Assembly: GCA_937923605.1 (NCBI GenBank)
Contig: CALDTY010000014.1
Location: 24,796 to 88,795 of the forward strand
DNA length: 64,000 nt
Direction: 5' to 3'
Source: Candidatus Absconditabacterales bacterium
Lineage (GTDB): Bacteria > Patescibacteriota > Gracilibacteria > Absconditabacterales > Absconditicoccaceae
The notes under the pieces were generated by a model. That model worked only from the letters and a program-made list of their open reading frames with translations, was not told the origin of the DNA and did not search any database. Of this stretch, positions 1 to 9,789 are shown piece after piece. Position 1 is the stretch's first letter. Each line of letters starts with the position of its first letter. Both the position numbers and the translations under genes were made by a program.

Positions 1-45
1 TTGAGCTTTTTTTGATGCAATTCAGCGTTTATTAGTTCTAGCCAT
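1..45 (-). CDS. 5' end of an unidentified gene running off the left edge
   Basis: ATG at 45-43 opens a frame reading MARTNKRGIASKKAQ (one TGA read as Gly) that continues past position 1. The peptide is basic at the N-terminus. Too short to identify. Confidence 0.25.
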
Positions 46-146
46 GGGGTAAAATATAGGTAAATAATTAAATATATAGTAGATATTATATAAATAAACA
101 CAAGCAAGAGACGTTGATTATTATTTACATTTCATCAAAAATATAC

Positions 147-174
147 TTGACATGCCTTGCAACAATGCTATATT
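147..174 (+). promoter_or_regulatory. sigma70-like promoter (TTGACA, 16 nt spacer, TGcTATATT)
   Basis: TTGACA at 147-152 and an extended -10 TGCTATATT ending at 174. It lies about 180 nt upstream of the ArsR-family ORF. Confidence 0.45.
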
Positions 175-356
175 ATTGAAGAATATAAATCCAATGGTGT
201 ATATGTTAGCTATACATTGTGAATAGAACATTACTAGCAAGTATACATCTATAAGCCTTATAAACACACATCTATTCTGTGCATGGGCCTGAGGGAGTGA
301 GAGACCTTCAACTGGGTTACCAGTAAAACAAATTATTAACTAATCGGGCAGGAGAC

Positions 357-728
357 ATGTTTATGTCACACTTCCAAAAAACTTTCTCAATGAGAAACAA
401 AAAAAATGAAACTGTTACCTTGAAGAAAGGTGATGGTAAGATCCAATTAGATTATGCAGATCTAAGAAAGGCGGTCTTAGTGTTAAGAGCAGTGAATCAT
501 AAATTGCGGCAACGCATTATTGATTTACTTGAGAATAACCAAACTATGACTGTAACTGACATTTACATTAAACTAAGATTGGAGCAGTCAGTCGCTTCAC
601 AACACCTTGCTATCTTAAGAAGAGCAGGAGTTGTTTTAACTGAAAGGCAAGGTAAGTTCATATACTACAGCCTTGACACAGATAGACTAGACCAAATTAG
701 CAGACTAGTTGAAGAGCTAGCTGGTTAG
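357..728 (+). CDS. ArsR/SmtB-family winged-HTH transcriptional regulator
   Basis: 123-aa ORF with the typical ArsR HTH (LRQRIIDLLENNQTMTVTDIYIKLRLEQSVASQHLAILRRAGVV...GKFIYYSL). Stop is TAG. No TGA codon. A stem-loop plus T-run follows at about 765-800. Confidence 0.85.
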   Translation: MFMSHFQKTFSMRNKKNETVTLKKGDGKIQLDYADLRKAVLVLRAVNHKLRQRIIDLLENNQTMTVTDIYIKLRLEQSVASQHLAILRRAGVVLTERQGKFIYYSLDTDRLDQISRLVEELAG

Positions 729-881
729 TAGAGATCTATAAACCAATCTTAAATTAACGAAATCAAGGGATTCACTTTCAATCAGTGGGTCCCTTTCTTT
801 TTTACCTAAACTAGTGGATATAGATAGAACAATCTGTACAGTAAGAAAGTTATATAAATAAAACCATCAAAATTAATTCTT

Positions 882-1118
882 ATGTTAAATGCACCTATCA
901 ATGCTTCAGAAATCAAGCTACATTCAGGTATCATTGCCTTACATCTAAAATCCAAGTCCTTGGGAGTTGTAACTACAGATGATATTCTAGTAAGTGATAC
1001 TACTCACAACAATATGCTTCAGCTGCAACAAGTTGGAGAAGTTGAAGTTTATAGTGAACCAATCTCTAGAGCTGATGCTGATAGAAAAATTAGACATTTA
1101 TATATGTTTAATTATTAG
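882..1118 (+). CDS. hypothetical protein (78 aa)
   Basis: Intact ORF ending in TAG, followed directly by a strong hairpin terminator. No recognisable motif and no TGA codon. Confidence 0.45.
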   Translation: MLNAPINASEIKLHSGIIALHLKSKSLGVVTTDDILVSDTTHNNMLQLQQVGEVEVYSEPISRADADRKIRHLYMFNY

Positions 1119-1137
1119 AGAATTTTTAACTAACAAG

Positions 1138-1167
1138 AAAGAGCTGTAGTTATCTACAGCTCTTTTT
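1138..1167. terminator. bidirectional rho-independent terminator
   Basis: Perfect hairpin AAAGAGCTGTAG-TTAT-CTACAGCTCTTT flanked by an A-run and a T-run, between two convergent genes. Confidence 0.8.
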
Positions 1168-1182
1168 GATTAAATAAATATT

Positions 1183-2406
1183 CTATTGAAGCCAATAAGT
1201 CCATAAATTAGAGCTTGATAGTTTAGATCATAGAGAATTCACCTGCTCAAGTGTCACGTTCTCGTAATCTTCCAAAATTTCTTTCATCGTTCTAATTTTG
1301 TTTTTAAATAGATACTGGTATCATACAAAATCAGCAAGCTGATCTGATGTTTCAATTCACATCTGAGTAGATCATCTTATACTTCATAAAGCTTTTTTAA
1401 ATTCATCTTCAGAAATATCTCATCAAGCTATAGTATCTATTTCTTCATATATAGCACTTTTTCATAGCTGTCGTTGTTCTTTATCCATTCAAGCATATAT
1501 AAGGAAATTTCAAGCTTGCTGATCTGCACTATGAGTAGAACCAATATAGTAGCATAATCATTTTTTTTCTCTTATACGTTGAAATAACCTAGAAGACATT
1601 CATCAACCTAGAATTTTTCACAGTATTTTTGCAGCAAATCTATTGTCGTCATTATTTGAAAATCAAGAAGCTGCAATTATAAGATGATTTTGCTGTGTTC
1701 ATTTTTCATAGAATGATTCATTTGTATTAGGCTTGAAATTAGGAATTTTTGGTGTTTCACTTGCTTTATGATCTGGTAATTCAATAAATAGATCTCATAT
1801 TTGCTGTATCAAAGATTCTTTATTTGGCAACGATCATGCTACAATAATAATCAAATTATCTTTTGTATACAAATTTTGCTTGTGAGAGAATAAATCTTCT
1901 TGAGTAAATGACTGAACATTCTGTTTTGGACCTAAAATTGGCCAACCAAAACTATTATCTCCATGGTATCGTTCATTTTGCTTGGTTCGTACTTGACGCT
2001 GAGGGTTATCTTCATACATAGCAATTTCTTGAATAACAACGCCTTTTTCTCTTTCCATTTCTTCTTTTGGAAATTGTGGAAACACCATCATGTCTCACAA
2101 AACATCTAAAGCCCTAGTTATGTAATCAGGAGCACATTTAACATAATATCAGGCATACTCACTTCAGGTAAACGCGTTAAATTCTCAACCAAAGCTATCT
2201 ACTTCATCGGCAACTTGTTTTGGAGTAGTATACTTCTTCCCTCATTTAAAAAACATATGCTCTAGAAAGTGAGATAAACCATTGGTTCACCTTTGTTCAT
2301 AGATACTTCAAGCCTTTACAAGTATTTGAATTGTTGTGCTATTTGAGTCTGGCAACTCAGCAAAGATAGTATCGATTCAAGCGATCTTAACGACTTCAAA
2401 ATTCAT
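1183..2406 (-). CDS. M16-family (insulinase/pitrilysin-like) zinc peptidase
   Basis: A single 407-aa frame under code 25. Motifs: HxxEH zinc site GLSHFLEHMFFKGG, the ORF-track fragment EREKGVVIQEI, and LGGGMSSRLFQRIREK in which two Gly are TGA (1600-1605). Stop is TAG. Confidence 0.92.
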
Positions 2407-2467
2407 AGTGTTTTGACATAAGTAAATGAATTGAATATAATTAAAATGCTTTATGTTTCACTAGGAA

Positions 2468-3205
2468 ATGGAGAAGAAAGAGTGAGATGAAATTGAACAA
2501 TTACTTAGCGAATATCAAAATCACCAACGCAAAGATCATACTTTGAGTATTTTACAAATGACAAATCCAGTTCATAGAAACACATTCAATGATGAATTTC
2601 TCTCATATCGACGCTGAGTACAAGAACATATTAGGGATAGAAAGTTAAGTATCTCAACGGGTTTATTATGAGCAATAAATTCTGGATTATGAAAAATTTG
2701 TGAACTACAAAATTTTAAACTCAATACGCCTAATTATAAATTAACAAGAGATTATTACATGATGCTTTTAAAGCTAAGTGATATACAATACAAGATTACT
2801 AGTGAATACTTAGACCGATTATTTATTGATCCAAATGATGTTCATGAAGATGAAATTTGATTAGATCAAGATAGGATTATACAATTAGGAAACATTAGGG
2901 GAGAGATGAAACATGATCCTCACTGATATATAAACGATATGTCACAATGAGGTGTAAGTTGACTACACTTACCACAAGCTCTAATACAATTGAGGAAACA
3001 GTATTGAGAAGAACTCTTTGTCAATAAACTTATTGAAAATAAAGAGCATATATATCCTTTGATAAACAGTTGATCAGCTGTATATGATTTGATGATTTTT
3101 AATTGACTACTTAGATATTTAGATCTAAGGGATATGCAAGTATATGAATTATTATGAAGTTACTTAAATTACTGGACACTTAAACATAGAGATAATTTGA
3201 TGTAG
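2468..3205 (+). CDS. hypothetical protein, possible HTH DNA-binding protein
   Basis: 245-aa frame that is open only with TGA = Gly. A segment RRGVQEHIRDRKLSISTGLLGAINSGLGKICEL loosely resembles an XRE-type HTH. Stop is TAG. Confidence 0.55.
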
Positions 3206-3209
3206 AAAA

Positions 3210-4346
3210 TTATAGCAACTCTCTTTTAGCTTTTGGATCAATATTTACCAGCACCTCGTATGGAATAGAAGAAATTCAAGTTGCAAATCCGGAAATAGAA
3301 TTATCTTTACCTATATCAGGGGAAATCACCTCTACTGTATCTCAAATCTTCACGTCATGTCACTTTGTATCTATAATAGATAAATTCATACAAATAGTGC
3401 CCAGAATTGGAAGATAGTCGTCTTTATAGGACACTTTCCACATATTAATTAATTTTCTATCTAATCATTCTGTGTATCAAAAAGGGATAGTTGCTACAGT
3501 CATATCTTTATCGGCTGTAAATTTTCATCAATAGCTAACAATATCTCATTTCTTGATTCTTTGCAGTGAAACAATTGTAGATTCCACAGTAAGTGAAGGC
3601 TTAAGATTAGTATACTTATCAAAGAATTCATCATTCAAAGATAGAGGAGAGTATCAATAAAATCAAATTCAAGATCTTCAGGCGTTAAAGTAAGGATCAT
3701 GTATCTTTGCGATTCAAGCAGAATTAGAAATATGTCTGTATTTCGTAGAGAATCAGTATTGTTCAATTAATCAATTCATTTCCTTAAATTTTTCAATTTG
3801 ATTATAACAAAAACTACTATCAACTTCATCAGCGTTTGCAAAATGAGACATCACTCATTCAAGTTGAATATTTGAATCTTTTAGTAGATCAAGAAATCAT
3901 CAAAGTTCATGCATCTGAATTCATTCACGATTCATTCATGTATTCAAAAAAAGATGAATTTTCCAAGACTTTCTTGTTTTGATAAGTGAAGCTAAAGTTG
4001 CAATATTGTATATACACACTGTGACCCACTTTGGATCAAGAAATTTATAGTTTTCTGGAAGAGTCTCTCAAATTAAAAGTGAAGGCTTCTTCGCCTTCTT
4101 CTTTATAATTTGATACTCAGGGATACTATCGACACAAATATAAGGCACATCAGTATTTCTTAATGCAATCGCTACCTGCTCAATTCAATGACCATATGCA
4201 TTTGATTTCAAAACTGGAAATATATCACTTCCTCATGATACTTCCTTTAGTATATCTAAATTTGATAAGAGACGATCATGATGAATTATGACTTTATTCA
4301 ATGAGACAAACGATTGACCTACTATTTTCCTTAAAAAAGGCAACAT
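3210..4346 (-). CDS. alr: alanine racemase
   Basis: 378-aa code-25 frame. Motifs: PLP-Lys site VLKSNAYGHGIEQVA, MSHFANADE, RSGIGFYGYSP, SYGGKFTA, ICMNLSIID. Confidence 0.93.
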
Positions 4347-4374
4347 TACGTAGTAAAGTTATATAAAAATAAAT

Positions 4375-5361
4375 TTATAATTTTTTTCTAGAAAAAGAGC
4401 TTGTTCTTTCAAGAATTCATGCATCTTTCATAACTATATTCTTCATTAAGATTTCTAATAATTGTTGAAAATTGTATCATGCAACTTTTGCTGCTTTTGG
4501 GAATAAACTAGTTGAGGTGAATCAAGGAATAGTATTAATTTCAAGTAGAATTGGTCACTTTGAAGTCAAAATTCAATCTATGCGTCACAGTTTTGTGCAT
4601 CATACTCATAAAAATGCCTTTAAACTAATTTCTTCAACTACTTTCCTTGTAGAATCATCAAATGGGGCAGGACAGATCTTGTTCATTTTTCAATTGTATT
4701 TATTTTCAAAATTTAATTCTTCTCATCATTCTACTTCTATCAGTATACTGGGGAGCACTTCTAATGATCAATCTTGCAATTCCAAAATTCATGTTGTAAA
4801 TTCCTTTCATTGTAAAAATTCTTCCAAAAGAATAACTTTTGACATTGAATCATAGGAATTTCTTGTTTTTATTAGATCTGACTTGTCTGATATAATAAAA
4901 ATTCACTTACTACTTCATTGATCCAGTTCCTTCCATACACAAGGGTATCATATTGTATCACTTATCTGCATATCTAGTTCATCGATAGAGTAGTCTCAAA
5001 TCTGAAAATATAGGTCATTAGCAACTGGCAATCCATAGGATCTCCAGACACATTTTGTCCGTCGTTTATTCATAGTTAAACTTAGAACATCACGTGATGT
5101 ACATTGATAAGTAACTCAGTACATATCCAGCAAACTAACGATTTGGCCATCTTCTCATCATACTCAGTGAATCATAACAAAGTAGAAATCAATTGTAGTA
5201 TCCTCAAGAGTTTGATACAAAGCATCTAGTTCATTTGGTATATCAAACATAGTAACTTCATATCATCAAGATTTTAGAGTATCTTCTATTGCATGAGCAG
5301 ACAAGAAAGATATATCTCTTTCTGAATTATCTCATCAAGTTATTATTCATACTTTTTTCAT
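4375..5361 (-). CDS. ddl: D-alanine--D-alanine ligase
   Basis: 328-aa code-25 frame: MKKVGIITGGDNSERDISFLSA..., IHGVGGEDGQIVSLLDMYGVTY..., ...LEINTIPGFTSTSLFPKAA. Lies directly upstream of alr on the same strand. Confidence 0.93.
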
Positions 5362-5396
5362 CTAAATATAGATAGATAAAGAAATATCACGGCATG

Positions 5397-6689
5397 CTAC
5401 TCTAGTAATTCCATTTCTGCTCACAATTTATTAAATTCATCAACAAAATTTGGAAAACGACGAAATAAAGGAGTAATTGCGTTTAAAGTACTAGTTCCAG
5501 GTGCAGCTATGCATGCCATTAACATTCCATAACTTGATTGAATAATATCTCAACACAACATGTCTGCCGGCTTTCGATCTGTAGGTCCAAAAGTAATTAT
5601 TCTATGAGGATCAGCCATAACTGTTCTAGCTTTCATTTTTGCAAGTTCTTGTACAAAGAAGAACTGAGAACTGTAATAGCTATTGGTTATCATAGCACTT
5701 CATTCACAATGTAATGCTAGTACAAGGAGTACAGGCATGAGATCCATAGGTAATAATGGTCGAGCTCAAGCACTTAACTCAAGTATATCTCCCTTAATTG
5801 TCTTAGAAATTTGTAAATTTGATTGAGATCAAATTGTAATTCTATCTAGATCATGATCTACATTAATATCAACTCATAATTTTTTCATAGCTTGTAGAGT
5901 CAAATCCATATGTGGAACAACTGCATTATTGATTATAACTTCTCACTTAGTCATTACTGTAGCTGTAATAATGCCTGCGACATCTAAATGATCAGATATT
6001 ACTGAATGCTCAACTCATGATAATTCTCTAACTCCTTCAATAATAAGTCTATTAGATCATATTCACTTAATATTAGCTCACATACTTGCTAGCATATTAC
6101 ATAAATCCTGAACATGTGGTTCACAAGCTGCATTCTGTATAATTGTCTCTCAATTTGCTTTAACAGCCATGAGAATTAAATTTTCAGTTGCAGTAACAGA
6201 AGGAAACCATTGTGTAATTGTAGTTCACTTTAATCAAGATGGACAAGATATCTCATATGCTCCGCTCTCGTTTGTATAATCGCATCACATACGAGTCATA
6301 TTCTCTATGAATGCATCCATAGGGCGGGTTCATAATTTACATCATTGTGGGAGTGGCATACTAACTTTTCCAAAGCGAGAAAGCAATGGTCAAGAATACA
6401 TAACTGATGCTTTCATCTTCTTGCTCAACTCTGGGTCTATAACAGTACTTGAAATTCAAGATGCATTGAGCAATAATGAATGTTCATTAGTCCAAGTAGC
6501 AGATCATCATAGTTGCTCAAAAATTTCTAGCATGTATTTAACATCACTTGTGGATGGAACATTATGTAAGATAACGTCCTTATCAGTAAGTACTGCAGCA
6601 GGTATCAACTTTATGATACTATTCTTATTTGGTACTGGAGTTGTAGTTCATCTTAAAGATTTTCACCCATGTATTATTAACTTCGACAT
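5397..6689 (-). CDS. murA: UDP-N-acetylglucosamine 1-carboxyvinyltransferase
   Basis: 430-aa code-25 frame: MSKLIIHGGKSLRGTTTPVPNKNS..., GCKLGTRPMD (catalytic Cys loop), FPSVTATENLILMAV, NAACEPHVQDL, YSSQFFFVQELAKM. Confidence 0.94.
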
Positions 6690-6848
6690 GATTATAATAA
6701 CGTAAAGAGTAATCAGTGTATCCTTGTAAATACTTTTTTCAATAAAAAAAAGGGGCTATGTCTGCAGTAAACTGTATGACAATAGTGCCCCCCAAGCAAA
6801 TGCTCATAATTAAGTGGAGAGAGCGCGTCTAAGCAACTCTCTGAGTTG

Positions 6849-7298
6849 TTAAATACATTCGCTTTCTCTTTGTAGTTTTCTTTTTTTGAGAATCCAAGGT
6901 GGTGTCCAAAGTGGTTTAATAATTGCTCTATAAAAGAGTAATTTTTTAAATTTTCCAACTTTTAGAATTTTTTGATTTGATCTTTTAGCTCTAAGATATT
7001 CTCCTCTAGCTTTAATTCTTAGTTCACGACTATCCTCAATAAGATAGAAGTCTTCATTATGCAGTATTGCACTCAATTTCATGAATAATGATGTATCCCA
7101 TTGATTAGGATTACCATTAACCAGTCTTCTTGAGTTCATAAGATCTTTCATTGTTAGCGTTAATGATTTTTGATACTCATTATTTCTAAACACATATAGA
7201 TCAAATGAATCTTTGAGTGGCATTCTAGCATATAAGAACACAAAGTCCGCTTCTAAAATTCTTTTAGTATTACCAAGATGTAATTCTGGATTCTCCAT
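6849..7298 (-). CDS. hypothetical protein (149 aa, TGA-free)
   Basis: Intact ORF ending in TAA, followed on the minus strand by a GGGGC...GCCCC stem and a T-run (about 6745-6795). No recognisable domain. All 4 Gly codons are GGN. Confidence 0.5.
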   Translation of the reverse strand: MENPELHLGNTKRILEADFVFLYARMPLKDSFDLYVFRNNEYQKSLTLTMKDLMNSRRLVNGNPNQWDTSLFMKLSAILHNEDFYLIEDSRELRIKARGEYLRAKRSNQKILKVGKFKKLLFYRAIIKPLWTPPWILKKRKLQRESECI

Positions 7299-7353
7299 AT
7301 ATAAGATTTGTTGTAATAAGTGTATATAGATATATAAAGCAATGTCAAATTCT

Positions 7354-8388
7354 TTAGAGACTTATTGGCTCTCGGTCAATCTTAAATCATCTAGAATTAA
7401 CTTTCAGTTTTGAGTAAGCAATTTCCATGAAATTTCTTAGTCAATCTCATTTGAGAATAATATGATATCTATACTTTCAGTACATTTTATAGATTGTAGG
7501 GGGGGTTGAATAAATTTCTAAATCAGGCATTTCATACTGTTCACGTAGATACAGCAATTCTTGATACAATTTATGAACAGTTGTATACACAGAAGATTCA
7601 ACTTCATGTTTATACATAAGCACACACATCTGGACAAAAGGAGGATACTGGTGTAATTTTCTTCTTTCCAATTCATTATTTTTCATAGTTTTAATATCCC
7701 CTTTACAAGCTGATATTATGCTTTGTTCTTGGGAATTGTACGATTGTAAAATAAAATCAGCTCATGAGTGAGCCTGGATACATCAATGCAGAAAGAGAAA
7801 ATTGTTGAATTTAGAACCATAATGAGGTGAGTGTAATCAGGCATCAGCTGATACGATGCATACTAAATCAGGTTGAAATCAAGTGATTCATGTTTCAAGC
7901 AATGACGTTCAAACTATAATATTCTGTTCACTCAAAGATGATAGACGTGATATTTTTTTATTACTATTAGCTAAAGTGGCATCTATCAATAATGGCTTAG
8001 AATCAGTTAGTTCCTCTACAAGATCAATAATCTGCTGATTTCAGACTCAAAATAACTTTATCTGTTGTGAGCTACAGTTAGTACAGATATCTTGTTTTGG
8101 ATAATGAGTCTTACAAATATGACAAATTCAAAATATCTGAGCGGAATCATCTTTGTGCCAAGCTATTGGAATATCACATTGAGTACAATTAGGAACATCT
8201 CAACAACTATAACACATTAATCATGTAGACCATCATTTCTTATTATTTATAATGAGAATTTTTTTTCATTGTTTTGATAGTTTCAAAATTCACTTAGTCA
8301 TCAATTCAGAAAAAGGTCTTGATACTTCACGAGTCATATCAACTAGAAATATATTTTGGTTCATTAATGTATATTGCACATAATTCAT
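7354..8388 (-). CDS. priA: primosomal protein N' (PriA), C-terminal half only
   Basis: 344-aa code-25 frame that starts at the LVDMTRE segment. It contains the Cys-rich zinc region (CYSCGDVPNCTQCDIPIAWHKDD...ICHICKTHYPKQDICTNCSS), GVGNQQIIDLVEE, IIVGTSLLETGITGF, and the C-terminal ELERRKLHQYPPFVQ. The N-terminal DNA-binding domain and the Walker A/B lobe are absent. An in-frame TAA lies just upstream. Confidence 0.8.
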
Positions 8389-8463
8389 ACTACAAGTATA
8401 TATTACTCTAAGGAAGAAACAACAAAAAAAGGAACCCACAAATGTAAGTCCCTTTTATAATAT

Positions 8464-8811
8464 TTAGAACGAATACTTTAACCAGTAAATAAAAGCAAAA
8501 AATAACATTACGGCAATAGCTCCAATTGTCATTAAATGATAATCTGAAACTTCATTTTCCTTTGTGTACCATAATGAAGTGCCTTCTACGTGTTGTGCTG
8601 TAGCGTAATTAAAAGCTACTTGAGTATCCACTAGCAAATAACTAACATCACTTGACTCTTTGAAATACAGAACGTGGTCATCTCTTTTATCACCTAGACT
8701 GACTGGTTTATAACTAGCTTTTAACTCATCTTTGCTAATTCTAAATACTTTTCCAGACATAGTCCGTCCAGTAAGTTGGGATTCAAATTTTTTTTTATCA
8801 ATTAGTTCCAT
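8464..8811 (-). CDS. hypothetical protein with C-terminal transmembrane anchor (115 aa, TGA-free)
   Basis: Intact ORF ending in TAA. C-terminal hydrophobic helix LMTIGAIAVMLFFAFIYWL. A terminator-like hairpin plus T-run follows on the minus strand at about 8414-8447. Confidence 0.55.
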   Translation of the reverse strand: MELIDKKKFESQLTGRTMSGKVFRISKDELKASYKPVSLGDKRDDHVLYFKESSDVSYLLVDTQVAFNYATAQHVEGTSLWYTKENEVSDYHLMTIGAIAVMLFFAFIYWLKYSF

Positions 8812-8827
8812 AATATTTGTTTTGTTT

Positions 8828-8920
8828 TTACTTAGTGATTAGTAGCAAAGTCGTTAACCCTGAAAGTAAAAATAGAATCAAGAGAAATATGATTTGCTTT
8901 GATGAATATTTTGTTTTCAT
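8828..8920 (-). CDS. possible small membrane peptide (30 aa)
   Basis: MKTKYSSKQIIFLLILFLLSGLTTLLLITK, ending in TAA, just upstream of the 115-aa ORF. Very short, so it may not be real. Confidence 0.25.
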   Translation of the reverse strand: MKTKYSSKQIIFLLILFLLSGLTTLLLITK

Positions 8921-8962
8921 TTTTATATATTGTATAAGTATATAAAACTGAATGTCAATATT

Positions 8963-9619
8963 TTATTTAAGATTTCTTCAGTATTTTTTGAGCCATACTT
9001 TTGCTTTACCAGTATCTTTACATATAGATTCACAATAGTTCCAGAAACTTTCAGAGTGATTCATATGTTTACGATGAGCTAATTCATGACAAATCACATA
9101 ATCCATTACCCGAAATGGGAGTTTGATTAATCTCCAATTTAATCAAATATTTCACTTAGAAGAACAGCTTCACCATTTAGTCTTCTGATCTCTAACAAAA
9201 CATTTGGAGTATGTAATTCAATGTTTTTTTGAAAGTTGTTCAAGACGAAGTGGGAGAAATGATTTTGCATATACTTTATATCGATGAGTTTGCTGAGTGA
9301 CATTATGTAGATCATGACCTCGCCGTATATATTTACGATTGTGGTCAATAGTATATTTAGTTCACTGTCATTTACGTAACATAGGTGAATATGCATCTCA
9401 ATGCAATAAAATTGTTCACTCTGGCAAAACAAGTAACTTTGATGCATCTTTAAAGTTCACAAGATGTTTTTGTATCCATGATTGTTTACTTTTTACAAAT
9501 GCAAGAATTTTATCTTGAGACATATGTTCAGGAGCAGTTGCCAGAACAGTATTCTCATCTACAACCTTAATACGTAAATGTTTCACTGCTTTACGAATTA
9601 TATTTAATTTATACTTCAT
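8963..9619 (-). CDS. DUF45/YgjP-like (M48-related) metal-dependent hydrolase
   Basis: One continuous code-25 frame: MKYKLNIIRKAVKHLRIKVVDENTVLATAP...[48 protein letters not shown] (HExxH). The ORF-track pieces 9416..9766 and 9139..9447 are artefacts of reading TGA as stop. An alternative upstream ATG exists at 9766. Confidence 0.85.
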
Positions 9620-9789
9620 AAATTTAGTATATATGTGTACACGTAAAATTAAAGTGTGAGTTCTTAATAATTCTATTGACTTATTATTAATATTATATAT
9701 AAGAAACGTTGCTGTCTTTAAAATGCGATGATAATATGACCAAAACTCATTCCAAAAATGGTACATATTAATTCATCAAAAATTAAGTA

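Noticed and set aside
4472-6705. Plus-strand ORFs 4472..4855 and 6307..6705. The same applies to 24143..24598(-), 62913..63416(+), 15361..15633(+) and many others in the track.
   Set aside because: They are antisense to, or out of frame with, well-supported code-25 genes (ddl, murA, greA and the giant surface proteins) and have low-complexity, motif-free translations.
6713-6958. 81-aa minus-strand ORF overlapping the 3' end of ORF 6849..7298 and the murA upstream region.
   Set aside because: It overlaps a longer ORF in another frame and spans the terminator hairpin. It has no motif and an unlikely composition.
9139-9766. Two overlapping minus-strand ORFs (9416..9766 and 9139..9447) that suggest a frameshifted DUF45 pseudogene.
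   Set aside because: Reading TGA as Gly gives one uninterrupted frame carrying KWGSCSSKG and [12 protein letters not shown]. ORF 9139..9447 is an out-of-frame artefact, so no frameshift is needed.
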